Below are positions 42,201 through 42,368 of a stretch of 42,368 nucleotides of DNA, piece by piece (within the stretch, counting starts at the first letter, position 1; each line of letters begins with the position of its first letter). The position numbers and the translations under genes were made by a program. The notes under the pieces are model-generated. The model was given only the letters and a program-made list of their open reading frames with translations. It was not told the origin of the DNA and did no database searches. The stretch comes from a virus. Where the stretch lies: IMG/VR virus record IMGVR_UViG_3300045988_008159, positions 1-42,368 of that record, one strand, 5' to 3'.

Positions 42201-42368
42201 CATGGCTGATCGGTAACGCCGTCGCAAAGGGCAGCTACGCAAGGCTCGACGCGGCCAAGGCGTTTGACGGGATGGGGATCGAGGAGCGGACGCTGCGGTA
42301 TGCGGGGGAGGTCTATCATTTCGGAGACAGCCTCACGCAGCGGATGATCCGCGAGTACAACGCCCAGA
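39212..42368 (+). CDS. Giant polyvalent virion protein, N-terminal part; the frame stays open to the window end and continues at base 1
   Basis: AGGAG at 39201-39205 precedes ATG 39212. I translated this frame by hand to 42368 and found no stop (MAKKRTGLDALREYEARSG...GEVYHFGDSLTQRMIREYNAQ). The ORF track omits it because it has no stop. It contains internal duplications, a Gly-rich hydrophobic region and a Q/A/E/T-rich low-complexity tract. Confidence 0.9.
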   Translation, partial: MAKKRTGLDALREYEARSGRQTQSGNQQTGNAGSSGGTWRSGLDALREYEASGGGQNVTNGPYNPDYRTNTRKATPQSYEAAYQQYKQYVAEYQKQTEFPRRVSVGTAAQQAGGSQKRDYSRMLGLNQLDGDMQTRVQAAQDIQKYLQFQRKVQTGTAAQQAATNAGQDYSRLIGLNQFDGEMERRAEEWQRKQQAAQEAAALDQERGRRRTSEEYGKRIDALEAASDYARAQNAEGGGLPEFKDAYDKVNAERETPMTLDEMQKELAYTRYKKAVLDKSVSGRVGEYAGDLATQFISGGADMALGGLFMVDSYLDKGMNGAAAWVLRDLAKAVPDGSIKDKMLSLADDFSSYYTGESMTAGEESARYYKDELNKLGDEIEGKYKGVPLWILQQMPSAGNMLFGAGLSGIAGVNNLVTLGLTSGGNSALEAKDKGASDAQALAYGVVAGGLEVFSERLFGGNPIYDADAGLVNQAVGKLTSNKTIMKILNSKAFDIASEGLEEVVTEVLDPVAEWAIYNGDNTEFADAASIGNAFLGGVFLSAVGNVADAPKQLQQARYERVLRTAGSELADIAQSVDSADVQEAAQVIRDKIAYGVTPDAADIGAVLDAMDQAGETVDVEQVREAVDAEENEAKAVQAEAAFQTYNQYADERDAKARDAEKASWARSQENTEAINDAEADSAADAFEKLNEAEVKGAADARARQQTEEARAERTFTQESRDDADRLLTDAARRYGFDDRMTSVLLSGYDGAQDAQQYAEDVNAAYEYGRNGMSLSAAQRAAQGVNADVAQEAWNAGRASIQRAPMSAFERYNQYADERDARQAAREAPQQASVQTVQAVQEAARPQQAQTQTAAQETREAAQTAKEAAPKAQETVRETAQEQTKPAQERAETKPAKQEAQESKPQALAANQYDARKLAAAEIKKSDVTVPDAVRDYDKRLDEAVAEIYRLKEADGKGEGAKVPVSSMITSFQYGIRSIGFVSQETNNADFLADAQAWLIGNAVAKGSYARLDAAKAFDGMGIEERTLRYAGEVYHFGDSLTQRMIREYNAQ
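42228..42368. repeat. Terminal direct repeat, copy 2 (identical to 1-141)
   Basis: Same comparison as copy 1. It implies a unique circular length of 42,227 bp. Confidence 0.97.

Noticed and set aside
1-42368. Search for a reverse transcriptase/DGR, a CRISPR array, transposase/IS ends, rRNA, or anti-CRISPR-style operons
   Set aside because: No RT motifs (YxDD), spaced repeats, inverted terminal repeats or rRNA-like segments were noticed. Small early proteins could not be assigned an anti-defence function from sequence alone.

Overview
The window is a complete, circularly closed genome of a high-GC temperate tailed phage. Bases 1-141 are identical to 42228-42368, so the unique length is 42,227 bp. 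The host is probably a Clostridia-type Firmicute; this is an inference from the XhlA/holin/amidase lysis cassette and the Cu-amine-oxidase-N1-like wall-binding domain.

Gene order on the + strand:
- Virion fibre genes (6.1-10.8 kb), including two collagen-like proteins and a fibre protein carrying a complete metallophosphoesterase.
- Lysis cassette (10.8-12.3 kb).
- Accessory (moron) region with its own near-consensus promoters (12.6-15.2 kb).
- attP: a tRNA 3'-end mimic flanked by repeats.
- Lysogeny module on the - strand (integrase, two HTH proteins, a secreted YHYH protein; 15.4-18.2 kb).
- Early/replication region (18.3-27.1 kb): radical SAM, DUF551, ASCH, DUF1064, DNPPF methyltransferase, HUH Rep.
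- Packaging and head genes (27.3-36.1 kb): TerS, TerL, portal, scaffold, HK97-type capsid.
- Unassigned structural genes (36.1-39.2 kb).

Main observations:
1. The large terminase is a fractured gene made of three overlapping cistrons in three frames: N-extein plus N-intein, a free-standing HNH endonuclease, and a 35-aa C-intein plus C-extein.
2. An open-ended frame that the ORF track misses (39212-42368) joins 1-6104 across the circular junction. The result is a single 9,120-nt, 3,039-aa polyvalent virion protein.
3. A lower-GC three-gene cassette with its own promoter looks like a toxin/antitoxin or defence moron. It is followed by a consensus promoter that runs straight into tandem terminators.
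4. Two genes are frameshifted. One shift lies at an A7 run that is in phase for -1 slippage.

No rRNA, complete tRNA, CRISPR array, transposase or reverse transcriptase was seen.
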